From contig JBHGNT010000012.1 in NCBI GenBank assembly GCA_043228905.1, positions 17,422,001 to 17,486,000 on the forward strand: a stretch of 64,000 nt of DNA, read 5' to 3'. Shown here in pieces: positions 60,881-64,000 of this stretch (its first letter is position 1; every line of letters begins with the position of its first letter). The position numbers were made by a program, and so were the translations under genes. This DNA is from Azolla caroliniana (lineage: Eukaryota; Plantae; Polypodiophyta). The notes under the pieces are model-generated. The model was not told the origin of the DNA. It made no database searches and saw only the letters and a list, made by a program, of their open reading frames with translations.

Positions 60881-63800
60881 CTATGCCACAGTGAAAGCAC
60901 GAACAACCTCAATAATAGGAGCTCGGCACATTGGACATTTCCCACTATTTTTTATCAATTCAGAGGCACAATTGAGACATGTACACATGTGCCCACATCT
61001 GCAATAAGAACCAGAAGGCATGAAATTGTTCTATTTCCTGTAAAGGGAGTGACAATATAATTAACTCCCTAGACTAACCTGTACAAAAGGGAATCAATGT
61101 TCCGATCACAACACACACAGCATATTCCTTTCTTCACAGAAACCCATTTAGAACCATCAATAGCTTCTTCTGGAATCACTGCAAAACGACGTTGAGCACA
61201 AATGTTCAAGGAATTGCATTTACAAGAGTGTGTAGGCCAATAGACTGTCAATATACTGTATGCTTGCTCTTTCTTTGACCCAAAAAGATTTGTTTATACC
61301 TACCTTTTCCATCATAAATAGTTTGAAGAGCACCGGCTAGTTCCTGCCTAATAGAACGCTGAAGATCGAGCTGCATTTCAATGCAAGTTTCTACCATCCT
61401 ATGAAGATTCGACATCTCTTGGTGCAGCTTAACCACATCCGTCCGCAACTCATTGAATCCTTCAACTTCCTACAAGAATAGTTTCCCAGCAATAATGGAT
61501 TCATCAATAATGGATTGAAAACCGTTAATTTGAGATACAAAACACACTTACTGTATACGACGGACGATATATAGGTGGATGCGGATGTGGACGAGACCAT
61601 GTTGTTTGTTGTAACTCTTGTTGCCACAAGGGCTGTGGTGGTGGAGGGGGTGGTGGAGGGGGTGGTGGAGGCGGGGGCATAGCAGTTGGCTGTTGTCTCT
61701 GGGCTTGTCTTCGGTTGCGGGTTCGCACTCTGTCCCATGCAATCGGTGGTTGTTGTTGAGTTTGAAGAAACGACCCTATCAACCTATCCAGTCTTTCACG
61801 AAACTCACTTGCTAAGACATTGCTCACACTTCGCCTACACATAGAATCAAACAAGACATTTACTGGTTGCCTTAAAACATTAATTCAATGAACAATTACT
61901 GAATGTCTAGCATCTAAGATACTCAATTCCTTACCTCCCAAGAAGCTCCTGAAGCTCCATATTGTATGTGGCCGACTCTTCCATTGTTGCAAACTCTGAC
62001 ACTCGTCTTGATTGATTGATTCCCTGCCAGCCTCTTGATGTACCTTCTGATGAGCCCCCTTCTCCATTGGGGTTTTCTTGTACTGAAGCCTCCAAAGGAG
62101 GCTGGCTATTTCTCCTATTTTGAGCCTCACTTTGAGTGTTTGCTTGTTCTGCATCCAACCTAACATTAGCTTGGCTCTGAAGGATAGTTTGAAGCCTAGA
62201 GCGAAATCCTTCCCTGAAATAAACGCTAAGGAATTAGATTTACATGTTGATTGCAATCCAGAATATGTGGAATGTTTCTCATTACCTCAAGTTACTAACT
62301 GCCCTCCGCTGTCTTAATTGGCCTAGCTCTCCTGCTGCCGAGGAAGGGATCTGTGCTGGTTCATTAACTGCTCCTGGGTGCAGGAATCTCCCTCTCAGGA
62401 AAGACTGAATGCAATACAACCATATACTTCACTTTCTAATACAACAAAAAATCTATATAAATTTTTTTTTAAACCAGATTCTAAAGTCAAAACTAAGGAA
62501 ACAATCTTCAAAGCTAAACCTGGAGTCGATTCCGATGGGCAAAATCTGATACCGCACGATGCTCCACCAGTAGTTCAAGCTCCCTTTGCCTCTCCCTCTC
62601 CACTCTCATGAGCATATCGAGAATGACTTGCCGATTCAAGAATCTTCTTTCTCTTCTGCTTAAGCCTTGCACTGGATTTTCATCCTCACCTTCTCTAGCT
62701 TGCCTGAATGCCATGATTGATTCTGGTCTGCTGGCTCCTCCAGGTCTCTGTCCACTAGTTACATTAACCCATGCTCTAGCAAGTTCGCGAACCCTCTCTC
62801 TCTCATTCTCATCCAACCATGTTGTTGACCTGTTATTCTGTGTTTGCTCACTTGAAGGCACAGTCTGCATCTGATTATCTGCCATCAGATGTTGCACAAT
62901 CTGTCTCACATGCTCTCCTTCACCATCTCTAGAATGATCAGACACTTGTTCTCGTTGATCGTTTACATTGACTCTTTCAGATTCACCTTCCTCCCACTCT
63001 ATATAAGGCAAGGTACGGGATGAATCTTCATTCTGCTCTGACTGAGAAGGTCTATCGTCAACTTCAACAGTTCTTTCTGAAATGTGAGCATTTGTCTCGT
63101 TCCCAATGCTTTCTAAATTTGGGGCTTCTATGTGCGTAGTTGTTCTTTGATAAGGACTATCCCTATTCCTCTGGATTATTCTTTCTTCTTCTAACTCCCT
63201 CCACATTTGCACTAAAGACAACGGTCTTCTATGTCTCTGTGCCTCTCGATCCAGAGATGCATCATCATCTCTTGCAAGAGACTCTCTCAGAAAAGAGGCA
63301 TCTAAAGTTGAAACTGAATGAAGGCCAGCAAGGGCAAGCAGCTCAGCTTCTCGATTCTGCCTTTCCATCGTTGTCATCATCATCTCCTGTGCATGTTGTG
63401 TGGCCCATATCGAAAGAATACCCGATCGTGGCTGTTCCTGAACATTAGTAAGCCCATCATTTGCATTATTTATTCCATTTTCCTCTTCTTGTTCTTGAAC
63501 TATCGTACTGCTTTCACCACCATAGTCACTCTGCTCATGGTTCAACATACTATGATATGGAGGGTCATTCATTTGAAATAAGGATCCAACATCTTCTTCC
63601 AAGTGAATGGCATCAACCTGTCCATCATTGGCATCATCACGCAAAGTGTCATAAGTAGAGGTAGAACATGGCAGTGAGGAGCTGCCACTGATACCTGGAT
63701 CATGACTACATGAAGCTATGGCCATACAAGTGTCAAGATGATCTCGTACGAGCTCTTCGAGCCCTTGTCGGAATCCTGCGTTCGCACTATGTGTCTCTAT

Positions 63801-63965
63801 TAGTTGTATCATTTCTTGTTTATTTTGTATTTGTTGTAGATGGACTAGATTAGCTAATCTCTCATCATCCATCTCTTCAGATGAAGGAATCGGTATTTCC
63901 ATTGTGCTTTCACATGAACTTTCTTCACGGTTATTCGTTTGGCTTGCCATCTTCCTGAAGTCCAT
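60881..63965 (-). CDS. C-terminal RING-finger (zf-C3HC4_3) E3 ligase, plant neuralized-like RING family; exons 63965-62520, 62404-62286, 62213-61935, 61834-61552, 61469-61304, 61178-61079, 60998-60881
   Basis: [69 protein letters not shown] and [40 protein letters not shown]. Junctions are phase-consistent GT-AG. Confidence 0.92.
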
Positions 63966-64000
63966 TCAAAAGCACGGTGGTAACATGAGAAAAGGAAAAA

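Overview
AT-rich, intron- and transposon-rich nuclear DNA from a land plant. A fern-like or other non-seed plant is my inference from gene structure and repeats, not a determination. I reconstructed six spliced protein-coding genes by hand, all on the minus strand: organellar GatB (first two exons; the rest lies beyond the left edge), an O-fucosyltransferase of the OFUT13/At1g52630 type, a PRONE-domain RopGEF, an intronless DTW-domain tRNA acp3U transferase, a 21-exon UDP-glucose pyrophosphorylase, and a C-terminal RING E3 ligase. Introns and intergenic space hold decayed Ty3/gypsy and Ty1/copia elements, LINE 3' ends, MITEs, a CACTA fragment, a 5S-derived Cassandra-like element, a PPR fragment and many tandem repeats. 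Most notable: a decayed ParB-like ORF in an OFUT intron, a LINE family repeatedly found in (GA)n tracts with a conserved 3' stem-loop, a ~1.27-kb-arm gag-protease fold-back in a GatB intron, a U12-type intron in UGPase, a MITE with a clean 8-bp TSD, and a poly-His/poly-Gln transit peptide. I cannot support a complete novel multi-gene system from this sequence.
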